DNA of 64,000 bases from NCBI GenBank assembly GCA_032718475.1, contig JAUCBJ010001223.1, positions 1 through 64,000 on the forward strand. The letters are read 5' to 3'. Position 1 is the first letter of the stretch; each line of letters starts with the position of its first letter. The translations under genes and the position numbers were made by a program. This document shows, piece after piece, positions 11,528-22,850 of this stretch. Under the pieces are notes generated by a model. That model searched no databases and was not told the origin of the DNA. It saw nothing but the letters and a program-made list of their open reading frames with translations. Source of the DNA: Nemertoderma westbladi. Its lineage: Eukaryota; Animalia; Xenacoelomorpha.

Positions 11528-12907
11528 TTACGTTGGGGAGTCCCTAGATGTTTGTTGGATTATGGAGGTGGTCGTGGGAAGAGTATCTTGCCTTCCATAG
11601 TTTCCGGATAGCTCTCTGTCTCTTTCCAGTAAACATAAACGACCAACTGGGTGATTAAGTTGTTGTGTTTCGAATACAACTCCAGGTTTCTTAAAGTTAT
11701 GTCGCATGACGACGAGTTCTACCGATCGCACCAAACCATCATCGGATATATGAGTCTTGATGATACGACCTGTCTGCCACCTCTTACGTGGAAGATCTGA
11801 TTCCACAATAAGGACCATGTCTCCGGCGCTGACGTTTTCTTGCTGCGCAAACCACTTTGTTCGAAGTTGTAGCATAGGAAGATAATGTTTTTCGAAATGG
11901 TCAGCGAAACGACGGGACAACAACTGGATAAGTTGCCAAGTTTGTTGGCAGTATTCGTCTCCGTCCGTGATTTCCGATTGAGGGAGCATGGCTACAGGTT
12001 TCTTTAGTAGGTAATGCGTGGGTGTTAGCGCTTCTAGGGATTCGGGACTCGATGAGACTGGCATAAGCGGTCTCTCGTTAAGATAGGCGACGATTTCTTC
12101 CATTAACGTCCACAAAAGCTCGTCGGTGAGATACAAGCGGCACGGCACTATAAAGTGAAATGCTGTCTTCACGCTCCGTATTAATCGCTCCCAACTTCCT
12201 CCCCACCAAGGGGCGTCGGCGGCGTTGAAGGTCCAGCTAGATGCTGTTATCCTTAGCTGATCGTCCACTTGTCTTTGGTTCCAATCTTTCACGTAAGCTT
12301 TGATCTCATTATTGGCGCCAATGAAGTTCGTTCCTTTGTCGGATCTCATGGTGTTGCTAGTTCCAAAACGAGCGATCTGTCGGCGTAAACTCAGTATGAA
12401 GCTGTTGGTAGATAGATCATTCACCATATCTAGATGGATCGCTCTATAAGTCATACAGACAAAGATGACACACCATCGCTTGACTATAGTCCCCTCACGA
12501 TATACTTCAATAGGGCCAAATAAATCAACACCAGTATTAGTAAAGTGTGGTTCATAGAAGCTTACTCGTTCCCTAGGTAATTCTGCCTCTCGCTGTGTTA
12601 AAGGCCTACTGAATGCTTTCCTACAGGGGATACAGTTCTTAAGAACTTGGTTCAGAGCTCTACGGGGCTTATGGAAATAATAGCGAGTTCGAATTTCGCT
12701 AAGAACTCGTTTTCTACCAGCATGGTAAAGCCTACTGTGAACATCTACAATCATCTTGATTTGTATTTCAAGATTTCTAATGAGTATGGGAAATTTAGTG
12801 TCAAAGGACAATGGAGCATTAGTTAATCTCCCTCCGACACGTATTAACCCATCTATCATTGTGCTAGAGAAACGATCCCTTAAGCGCATCTGTGGATTTC
12901 TCAACAA
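11528..12907 (-). CDS. Bel/Pao integrase (HHCC zinc finger, DDE core, C-terminal domain)
   Basis: GLIRVGGRL, H..LYHAG...CIPCRK, TGVDLFGP, RSDKGTNFIGA, PWWGGSWERLIRSVK, LNERPL, ALTPTHYL, DDGLVRSV. Confidence 0.95.
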   Translation of the reverse strand: MLRNPQMRLRDRFSSTMIDGLIRVGGRLTNAPLSFDTKFPILIRNLEIQIKMIVDVHSRLYHAGRKRVLSEIRTRYYFHKPRRALNQVLKNCIPCRKAFSRPLTQREAELPRERVSFYEPHFTNTGVDLFGPIEVYREGTIVKRWCVIFVCMTYRAIHLDMVNDLSTNSFILSLRRQIARFGTSNTMRSDKGTNFIGANNEIKAYVKDWNQRQVDDQLRITASSWTFNAADAPWWGGSWERLIRSVKTAFHFIVPCRLYLTDELLWTLMEEIVAYLNERPLMPVSSSPESLEALTPTHYLLKKPVAMLPQSEITDGDEYCQQTWQLIQLLSRRFADHFEKHYLPMLQLRTKWFAQQENVSAGDMVLIVESDLPRKRWQTGRIIKTHISDDGLVRSVELVVMRHNFKKPGVVFETQQLNHPVGRLCLLERDRELSGNYGRQDTLPTTTSIIQQTSRDSPT

Positions 12908-12916
12908 CAGGAAATA

Positions 12917-14988
12917 CTAATCGGAATCTTCATAGCATTGCAGGAGTCTCAGTATCTGCTTATTGGTTTCTTCATGCTCTTGGTAACTGATCTTCTCAGT
13001 CAGAAACCTATCCGACACTTTGTAAGTGGGAAGATCTTTAATAGCATGGACCTTTTTGGATATTGTTGGAGCGGTATCACTAGCGATCTTCGTCCTGGAA
13101 TAGTGATGATGGAAACATCTTTTAAGATATACAACGGCCTTACAAAGCCGATTCCAGGAGCTATAATGATTTATTGCTCTCTGCAGGAGAGGTGAGAGTC
13201 CTTGCGAGACATCTGGTGTTCCAGATTTCCAGTCTCTTTCTCTGATTTCTATAACAGATTTGTTTGTGGTGGGGGAGTTTAGATCCACAGCGTCGTCTCC
13301 GGAGGTGTGTAGTACAGACAGATCTATCACGGGTTTAAATAACTTTGATTTACTCGTCCGGGTTTTAGGTTTGACTTTCTCCGCTCCCTTGGCTTGTCTA
13401 ATCTCAGCCGTGGTGAGATGAGGAGGCCATTCATCCTCTTCTTTACTTAGGAAGTCGAGTCCACCTAACCAGTATCTATCAGTTCTTGAGGAGTTGGTCC
13501 TCTGGAGGCGATGTCGGCTGGATTAATCTTCCCAGGGCAATGTCTCCATTGATCTACATTAGAACGACTGAGTATAATGGCTACTCTGTTGGTAACGAAG
13601 ACGCTAAACTGACAGACTTCATTTGTTATATACTCCAGAACGAGTAAAGCATCAGTCCAATAGACAGTTTTCTCCAGTGGATAGTTGATCTGTTCTGTTA
13701 CATTCCGTTACATTCCTGTAGCGTATAGAGCCACTTTTAACTCCGCTCGAGGAACTCGTAGTTTGTTGTTTATTAAGGCCTTAGAGGTGACCAAGGCAAC
13801 TTTAATTCCATCCGGAGTTTCAACCCTCAGGTAGGCTACTATACCTATTCCCATATCGCTGGCATCTCTAAACACATGGAGTTGATAGGAATACGTGGGG
13901 AGAACGTGACCAAAATATGAACGGGAAATCGTAAAGTTCTCGATGGATGGTAGAGAATCTTCCCATTTCATCCACTTCTTTAGTAGTTCTCGATTAAGTG
14001 GATCATCCCACGAGTGGTTTTCGAGCCACATTTGTTGCACTAAGCTCCGAGCAACCAATATAACTGGGCTAATAAATCCCAATGGATCGAAATAAGTGCT
14101 CAGGATACTTAGACAAATCCGTTTGGTTCTAACTGGATTATCTCGCTGTTTTAACTGGAAAAACAAGATATCTCTCTCCGTGTCCCATTTTAAACCTAGC
14201 GTCTTGGTTTCCGGAAGATCGTCCTTGATGAGGTCCAGATCTTTAACACCTCAGTCTTCTACCGGTATCGATTCCAGAAACTCGCGGGAGTTACTAGTGA
14301 ATTTGGTTAGCCGAAATCCACCGCGTTGCAAGCACTCTACCATTCCCTTGGCAACATCAATGGCTTCTTCCACCAATGGGAGGGACTTTAAATTGTCGTC
14401 CATGTATATATCCCGTTTGATGTTGTCAATAACAGCTTTAGAGAAGGCGTCTCGGTTGTCATCAGCAGTGGTACGCACTACCGAACAAGCGTTCGAGGGG
14501 CTTGAGATGATCCCGAAAGCTTGGATGGTCATCCAGTACTCCACCAGTTTTCGATTGAGGTCTCCTTCAGGCCACCACAGATATCGTAGGCTGTCTCGAT
14601 CCCTATCCAGCGCCTTGACTTGTAAGAACATGCCTTCTATGTCCGAAGTGAATGCGATAGATTATTGCCTCAGTCTTAATGATATTTCCAACAAGGATTG
14701 GAGTAAGTTGGGTCCCGGCAACAGTTCTGAGTTCAGGGATTGACCCATGTAAAGGATGGAGCCGTCAAACACTACCCGGACTTCGTTGGGTTTACCAGGC
14801 TTGGGAACGTAATGATGTGTTAGATAATACGTTCTCTCCGTTACGGGTGTTTCTTCCGGAACTCGCTCCGCGTATCCTTTATCAATAAATGTCTTCAACT
14901 GGGTTTTATACATTTCCCTGGCTTGAACGTTGGCCGTAAGACGCCGATGTAGTTGCGCGATTCTCTTTTCTGCTAAAGGTCGGTTATT
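12917..14988 (-). pseudogene. Bel/Pao reverse transcriptase and RNase H, broken by frameshifts and stops
   Basis: YYLTHH, KPNEVRVVFDGS, SLNSELLPGPNLL, LRYLWW, YMDD, GGFRLTKF, FDPLGFISP, LHVFRDAS, RVPRAEL, YSSWNRL. Confidence 0.92.
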
Positions 14989-15508
14989 TATAAAGTTGGG
15001 TTCTCATAGCGACCTTCGTCCTTCAGATAACGAGTTGTTGTTTCCTGAATCTGCTTGGCTCTCTCTTCCTCGACTGACAAGGCTTTGTCGTAGGAATTAG
15101 GCTTTACGGCTTCTTGAGTAAAGAATTGTACGGCGTATTCATCATGGATTTTGTTATTGTATCGATCTATCACATCTATTTCGTCGTTATATGTGAATTG
15201 TCCACCATGTTGATTGATAAGATGGCACAAGTTTACTTGGTTTAACCAGGTTTGCTTTTCGGTGAGGAGGTCGATTGTATTTTCCTCATCGTATAATTGA
15301 TTGATGTTGTCGTTGTCTGAGGAGTATGGAATTTCCTCAGTGGTGGTGTCTCCCTCACTGATTTCTTCTTCCCATTCACTCACCTGATGTATTCTGTCAT
15401 TAGGGAGTCTTTCCATTAGGGTTCTACGGGAAGGTCCAGTGAAGTACCAACCTACTCTCGTTCTTACCGCGTACGTTTGCAATGGTTGCGGTCGAGCAGG
15501 CCGTTTTT

Positions 15509-15922
15509 CTAACGTCTCAAGCGCCTCGTGCCATTTTGGCCGATTAATATCTGCACCCCTGGGAAATCGGTGTTAAATCTAGGTATATCATGTTGCTGGA
15601 TAAAATGGTCTTCATCCCAGTTGTAAGGTTCCACTTGGCTAGTAGCAAAGTTCTTTATAGCCACCATTTTTACCGACCTTACACTATATTCTCCTAGTTC
15701 ATCCTGGGGAGTGGACAATGCACCCACGTAGTAATCTGTGGCTACTGTGGATTTCCAAACCTGCATAATTCCTGAAAGGTTCAACTTAGTTCGGAACTTA
15801 GGTTGTCCAGCAAAGATGTCTTCGGCTAGTTCTTTGTCAATGAATGTACCTGTGCTGACGGAGTCAAGGAGGGCATTTACTATGAGGCTCTTCCCTAGCC
15901 CATGTACTCTCAGTTGCACCAC
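15509..15922 (-). pseudogene. Bel/Pao aspartic protease region
   Basis: VNALLDSVSTGTFI catalytic motif and VQILIG motif. Confidence 0.85.
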
Positions 15923-18900
15923 AGGGAATTCTCGGATCCCGACGGAGGAAGTTGGCGCTTTCCAAGATGGTTGTCGGTCCGAGGATCTTCATAGTCGGTT
16001 TCAGTCTCATACGTAAGTGCTCGATACACAGCGGTGTTTATCATAAAACAGGATTCATTTTCATCGGAGAATTCGTCCGTGTAGAATCCTTCCATCTCAG
16101 AACTGTGGTCAGTGTCGTTCATATCACTGAATTGGACATGTAGCTCGGGCTCACTTACCTGACTCGTGCGGGTTCTATCAAATTCGGTGTGCAGCAAAAT
16201 ATGATGTTTCGCGCCGCACTTAGCACACCTCGCATCTGAGTAACAGGTCCGCCGTTGGTGTCCTCGTCTGAGGCAATTATAACACAACCGCTTCTCCCAC
16301 ATGACATAACGTCTATCCTTAAGGGATTTCTTCAAGAATTCATCACACCCACTCAAACGAGGCCCGTCGCACAATGCACATTTCGGTTTGATTTTACTTA
16401 CTTTAACCTGTGTTGTGTTGTGCACACTTGTTCTTTCCTCGGGCTTTCTTCCATGAATTCTCTTAGGAGACGTAGGAGGAGTAGTTGTTACCTGTTCTCT
16501 CCTGTCACTGGTTCGAGACTTAGATTTACTTACGTCTTTCCTCAGTTTGTTGACATAATAAGATATTTCGGTGTCCTTACCGCTATTTTCCTCATATGAG
16601 GTTTGACTTTTGCCATCGTCTGTATAACACACTGGTGTTAACTTTCTCCTAGAAACGGATTTTTCACTCACCTTACTTTCCGGTGTCTTCTCTCTGGACT
16701 GTTTGAGGAGCTGTAATCTTACCTCTCCATTTAAGAATGACATGAGATCAGCCATGGTAGGATCTCTTTGTTGCTGGTCCATCATATAGAGAACCCTTTT
16801 GTCCCAATGAGTACCTACTCCACCCTTTGGCAAAGTAGATGCTACGGCTCCAACAACCATAGAACTCTGGTATTCCTGAGACTTACCTAACCAATCTAGC
16901 TGTCTACAGATCTCCTGAATCTCATCGGAAAACTCTATAATCCCGCTGCTAAGAAACCTTCGGGGCGCTACTAATTTCGCATATAAATACCTAGCTATGT
17001 TAGTCCTATTACCATACCTGGCCATACGAAGCCGACACCGAAGCCCATACGGGCTTCGGTTCTAGCCATTTGACGTGTAAAACTTTCTTGAGCCATCGTA
17101 TTATTTAATATCGAGTTATCAGAATATAAATTTCTCGGATTATGATCAGATCGGTATGGGATATCATTATCAACGGGTTTATAATTACCCTTAATAGGGT
17201 TTACTATAGGAGTTTCTACTTCACTAGCAGTATAGATGCATGTAGGCTCCACACCTTGCGCATGAAATACTTCAGACCTAACAGGTTGACACATTGTTAC
17301 AGGGGGTGGTGGTATACCCATTTGTATATTTACTAATTTATCGCGCTCTAAAGCGATACTTTGTTGCACTTCTTGCAACTCTAACCTACTCTCTCTCACT
17401 GTTCCCTTTAACTGCTGAACAGTCCCTTCCAATTCGCGGACCTGCTGTGAAGACCTTCGTTTATGGTCTTCCAGCTGCCCGAGCAGGCGAGTCATCCCCC
17501 GCCGTCCCTCGTCTACCCACTCAACTGCTGAAGCGGGAGCCGCCAACATAGTAGCGGGATGACGCGTAGGGACGACGGGAGACAAGTCATTTATGTCTTG
17601 CTCAGCGTCCAGGACTGGATGTTGTTCCAGGGCTTGTCTACTGGACACAGGTAGTTTAGTACTGTGCAAAGGGAATTTAGAGTTAGGTTCTGGTAGTACA
17701 GGAGTTTCTATCCCAGGAGTGGCTTCAATGACAGGCCTAATTATTTCGGGCTCGTCTACTATAGTAGGGAGTCTGTCTACTCTAATAATTTGGTCTGTAG
17801 GCTCAGGATTACTTAAGTCTACATTAGCTAGTTGCCTTCTCACCGCAGGAGGTAAATTAGGTAACTTCTGACGGTGTGGTGTTCTTCTACGTCCGCTTGA
17901 ACGAGATTTACTACCTCTTCCCTCGGGATCCGTTGTATCACCTTCATCAGAGGAGGTAAATCCCTGTCTTCTGGGAGTAGATCGACTCAGTAGTTTTATC
18001 TGAGTAGCTGCTCTGTGTTTATTTAAGTAATCTTGCTTCACCTGCAGATTCTCCAATTCTAGTTGGGTTGTCGCTTCAGATGCGCGTCGTTCTGCTTCAG
18101 CCACTGCCGCTGCTGCTGTTGCCTTTCTTTCGGCTTCCGCTGCTGACGCTGCTTCCTTTCTTTCAGATTCTGCCGCTTTTCTTTCGGCTTCCGCCGCTAC
18201 CGCTGCCGCTGCTGCTGCTGCTTCCTTTCTTTCAGATTCTGCCGCTTTTCTTTCGGCTTCCGCCGCTGCCGCTGCTTCCTTTCTTTCAGATTCTGCCGCT
18301 GCTGCCAACTTTCGGTCTTCTATTCGCCTTTTCTTTATTTGTTCTTCTTGGTCCATTGCGATGCTTTCATCCAATTTAGCCTGTTCTGCAGCTAATATTT
18401 CCGCATCTAACGAGTCCAACACAAATTTGGCTCCCTCACTATTAGGGTGAAGTCCAGCTAGCCGTCTCCTTAGCTCTTTATCACCTATGAATCGTTGATA
18501 GTCCGACCGATAGATGTCAATAGCATCCTTCTTCCGAGGTTTTTCGGATGTAGCTTCGCCTTCCACCTGAGAAAAGGTAGTGTCTGTTGATTCTCCGTGG
18601 GTCATGCACTCAGTTAGCTGAACTTTCCATTGTGTCGTTCCCTGGACTTTAAGACTCACACGTTGGAACCAAGTCTTTACGGCCACTTGCAACGACGTGT
18701 CTTGGCTTCTCTTTGAGGCTTCCTCAAAGGCTGAAAGGATTAGTCTGATCCGTAAAATTCGTTCTCGCACTTGATAAAGCAGCTCTCCCTGCTCTTGAGG
18801 TCCTTGACGTTGTTGAAATAGGTGTTCTTCTAATCGCTCCAAAGAGCTGCAGAATCCCTGAACATATCCGGCTGCTGACCTCTTCCATACAGCTGGATCG

Positions 18901-19481
18901 CGAGTGTCCCTTACTATTCCCATCCTGTATAAGTCCTCCCAGGCAGCTTCCAATAAGTTAAACGGGAGTCCGGGTCCGGGGAAGTTCCATTGCGTCTCGA
19001 CAATAGACCTCAGTTCCTCCATTGTGTATCCCGCATAATTGTCCCTGGTCGCTCACTTATTTCTCGCCCAATCGATTTGATGTTCCTCCACCGCGATCAA
19101 TACTCTTGTGAGTACGGCTCCAGGAAGAATTAGAAGTGGATCTGGATAAACCGCTTCTGCCATCCTTGCTCCGATCTCGGGCGTCAACTCTTCAGTGTCT
19201 GAACTACTAGAGTTATCGTGCCGTTGAGAAATAAGCTCTCGGTTCGGGTGCTGCTGCTGTTTAACAGCTGGCTCTTAGTCCCGCTTAACTTGAGCCCTAG
19301 TGCCTATAATAGACCTATGGTGCTTTACTAGCCTAGGGTCTGATACCACTACTGTAGGGATGACCTTTCTTACAGTAGGAGGGGACTTGGACTTCGTTCT
19401 CATATGTTCTATACTCTTATCTGAGTCACAGACTGTTCTTTCTAGGAGACTATCTGACAGTGTTTGCTTTGTGTCAGCCAT
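15910..19481 (-). pseudogene. Bel/Pao gag of element A (frameshifted)
   Basis: ORFs 19275-19481, 16995-19022 and 15910-17025. Triple Bel/Pao knuckle CALC...C, CYNCLRRGHQRRTC, CAKCGAKHHILLH; coiled-coil Ala/Glu repeat. Confidence 0.88.
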
Positions 19482-21237
19482 GATTGATTTTACAGTTGAA
19501 TGCCTACTACTATAATGACAGTTAAAGTAAGTTTAGGAATTCAGTATTAACTGTAAGCCTAGTAATTAATTACCGATACCGTTACTCAGTGTAACGTGAT
19601 ATATATATTATTAAAATACCGGTATACACTTATAGTATATATAAGTATTATTTACAGACTAGGTTCAGTCACAGAGTACCGGTATATAATTTCAGCCTAA
19701 ATTTATATAAATAAATATGATAAGCCTACCGTAAATACCGGTAATGTCAATTATTTAACAATAACTGAATTTCTGAATTTTAGGGTTACTTCCCTTTACT
19801 TTATTACTGATATTAAGCAGTATTTCAACTGATATTAAGACCTATTGGATGTATAACAGGCCTACTATTTTATAAATCTGTTGAGTTGATTTATAAATAT
19901 ATATATATATACCCGTACAATGGGTTTTCACAATATTTGAAATAAATGTTATTATTTCTGGATAAGGAGTCACTACACAGAAGCTGAATGCTTTCAGTGG
20001 AGTGCTACTTGTTGGACACTAATACAGATAATTCTACTTTACTAAGTTACTTATCACTACAAATTACTTACAATTACAGTTTGAGATTACAATCTCTAAA
20101 TAAACAATAACAAGTTACACGTACAATTTGTTAGGGTAATTTTACAAGAAATCTACAAACCAGCCTAACAAGGAGTTATAATTTCTGGTTCTTACAAACT
20201 GACAGGAAACTACGGTATTTGAAAACAATAAAGCAGTAGTAAGTAAGTTGTGTTGTCCAGATAAGGAAATACCACTGTCTGACGACTTATAGTCTTAGCT
20301 CTATAAGTACTACGTTATGTACCCGGAGTGTCCTTACCTAGAGGTTAATTACCGAAGCCAACCAGAGCTAACGTGCCTATTAACCACGTTACAACACAAA
20401 TATACTGCCTATACACTAAATTACTTTCGGAAAGCACTGTACTCTAAACCCTAAATTAGGTACAAGTACTTATACAACAAATAACCAGCAGTTAAATATA
20501 CTTGAACAGCCAAAAGAACCACGGTATCTGCTGGAGTGACCGGAGCACAAAATCACCAGTCTTTACCTACGCCAAGCAGCCCGGGGTTAATTTAACTATA
20601 ACGGTATGTATAACAAGCACAATTACTGTAGGAATAAATTTGGGGAATTGGAGGTTGCGAATACTCGCATAGACTCTGGATAATAAATATTACGCTACCC
20701 GTGCAGACTATTCAAATAAAACACAGACCAAATGCTGGCAGACTACTGTCAAGCCTAAATAAACTACAGTATATGCAGACTCCGAAATGGTTAGTTAGTA
20801 GGCATTCTAACCGAGTAGTACGACTTATTCTTTCGGGGGGGGGGGGGATTTAACTTACAACACTGGATGCCCCCACCTTCCTAACTAGAACTTTATAGGA
20901 CAGACACTCTACACATACTGCAATTGCCTCAGACCTAACAAGAGCTAGACAATAATCCGGCCTACAAATTATTTATACAATCTGAGCAGGCTTATACGCC
21001 TTCTGCTCAATATTACACTTACAGATAAATATAACTGACAGAAATAAGTAAAATCTCAATAAAAACCAGGGCTGCAGTCCCCGATTAAATATTAAGACCT
21101 ACCAGTATATAATTATCACAATCGAAATAATACTGGGTACCTGTAAGTACCGGTTCGGGTGTTTGGGCAGTTAGGCCTACAGCTTACCGTCCGACCGACA
21201 TTCGACTTTATTGCCGACGGCGCAATAAAGAAACTTA

Positions 21238-21248
21238 AAATCTATTAT
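21238..21248 (-). promoter_or_regulatory. Non-tRNA primer-binding site of element A (ATAATAGATTT), complementary to its own LTR
   Basis: Abuts the 5' LTR with no spacer and no TGG; pairs with minus-strand AAATCTATTAT at 22003-21993. Confidence 0.65.
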
Positions 21249-22353
21249 TGTTCGCGCTTTTAGACCTTTAGCAGTTTAACCTGCCAATTTTAGTTGTCCT
21301 CTTGTTTATAAATCGACTTTAGCCTATATCAATTATTTAGTGTACTGAAGTTACATCAGCCGAAGCCAGTCTGTGCGCGATCATTCACTCACGGTTTTGG
21401 GAGACTGGATTCGGATTCCTTGAGAGTTATTGCAATGTAGACCTACTGTATTATTCGATTGATCGTTACTATATAATCTCTGACAAACATATTTACTTTC
21501 GGGGAAATATTAGCAGTTCCTTTAGGACATGGCGCTTTAAGTATAAAAACTGAGATATGACTTATACTAATCACAACTAGATGGCCACAGAGTTTCGTAA
21601 ATAGCGCATTCTTTAGGAGATGCTTTATTATCTTTCACACTACTTCACACTACTGCACACTAATCTGCCGACCGTCACTGAATTTGATCATATATAAGGA
21701 AGATCGCAACTGACACATGTAGGGATTATGAAATAGCTTTTAATTCATACAAAAACCACTATAATGTAAGTCGCAGTTGCTACCGGTAAACCTGTTACTC
21801 TTACCTTCAGTAATCAAGAAGATTGGTGGTTTTATGATTATTTATTGGTATTCTCCAAATATAACAGCAATATCCATTAATATAACAAAAATTAATAACA
21901 GACCGTAAACAGAAGTAAAATAATGCGGTGAACAGTCAGTATGTGTTACTTATGAAAGTCCAGTGAGACGGGTATGATATGTAGGTGGTCGGATAATAGA
22001 TTTACGTTCTTATAATCAAAGCCACCTGATGTTTAGGCCAAAGTCTGAAACTTCTACACAGAAGTACAGAAGATTCCGAGCCGGTTCTGGTGCTCAGAAA
22101 AATAGTAAACAAAGACCGTAATGCATTGCGCGGGTTTCCATAGGCCTCTGTCAGACATAAGGGGGAAAATTGCTCTGATTGGCTGACGAGGCAGAACAAA
22201 GAAAACTTCCACGTCCATAAAGAATCAGCTGATAGATGTCTTCACACCAGCTCCAATTCCTTCCCGTCGCGTAGTTGGATAATTTTAGGGCTATTTTAGA
22301 GTATTCTGCGCATTGCAGAAAAATGACTTGTTATGTCCGCAAAAGCTTTTACA
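21249..22353 (-). repeat. 5' LTR of element A (1105 bp)
   Basis: Direct repeat of 4390-5514, followed by TSD CTGGA. Confidence 0.95.
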
Positions 22354-22850
22354 CTGGAAGGTAGGTTGTAGTTGGATTGGAAAATCCTGTTTGTACGGTA
22401 CACATGGTAGGCCTACCGTAGCGGAAGATCCATCAGGAATATTCCGATCCAACTACAACCTACGTTCCAGTGTACTGGTCACTGGTGTATTCAGGTATTC
22501 CAGTATTGTAGAATTTAGGCCTACGGCTGTATGGTACCTAATGCTATAATGCAAATTGCTGCATTGGCTTTAACTGCTCCAAATACTAGGCCTACACCTG
22601 ACATAAATTAAATAAAAGATTTATTAAAGTCTCAAACACAGTTGCGAAATTAATTACCTCGTTCAGTTACATCATTTGAACATAAATTTAGGAAAAAGGA
22701 CTGCAGTAACAGTACTGTATCAATATAAATTCAATTAGACTTAATTAAGCAACATAGCAAAGCTAATTTTTCCTAAATTTATGTTCAAATGATGTAACTG
22801 AACGAGATAATTTATTTCGCAACTGTGTTTGAGGCTTAAATAAATCTTTT
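22354..22850. repeat. Centre and right arm of the foldback palindrome, plus a nested second inverted repeat
   Basis: gtaggttgtagttggattggaa vs ttccgatccaactacaacctac flank a short loop; ~22614-22696 is inverted against ~22768-22850. Confidence 0.8.

Larger units (their letters stand above)
4390..22353 (-). mobile_element. Full-length ~18 kb Bel/Pao LTR retrotransposon (element A), degenerate, with extra 3' coding region
   Basis: Two TGT...ACA LTRs, 5-bp TSD CTGGA (4385-4389 and 22354-22358), gag-PR-RT-RH-IN order with Bel/Pao motifs. Confidence 0.95.

Noticed and set aside
21211-21226. Minus-strand TTGCGCCGTCGGCAA as a degenerate TGGCGCC-type tRNA PBS for element A
   Set aside because: It lacks TGG, lies more than 20 nt from the LTR and sits inside a hairpin. 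It cannot be fully excluded without a tRNA search.
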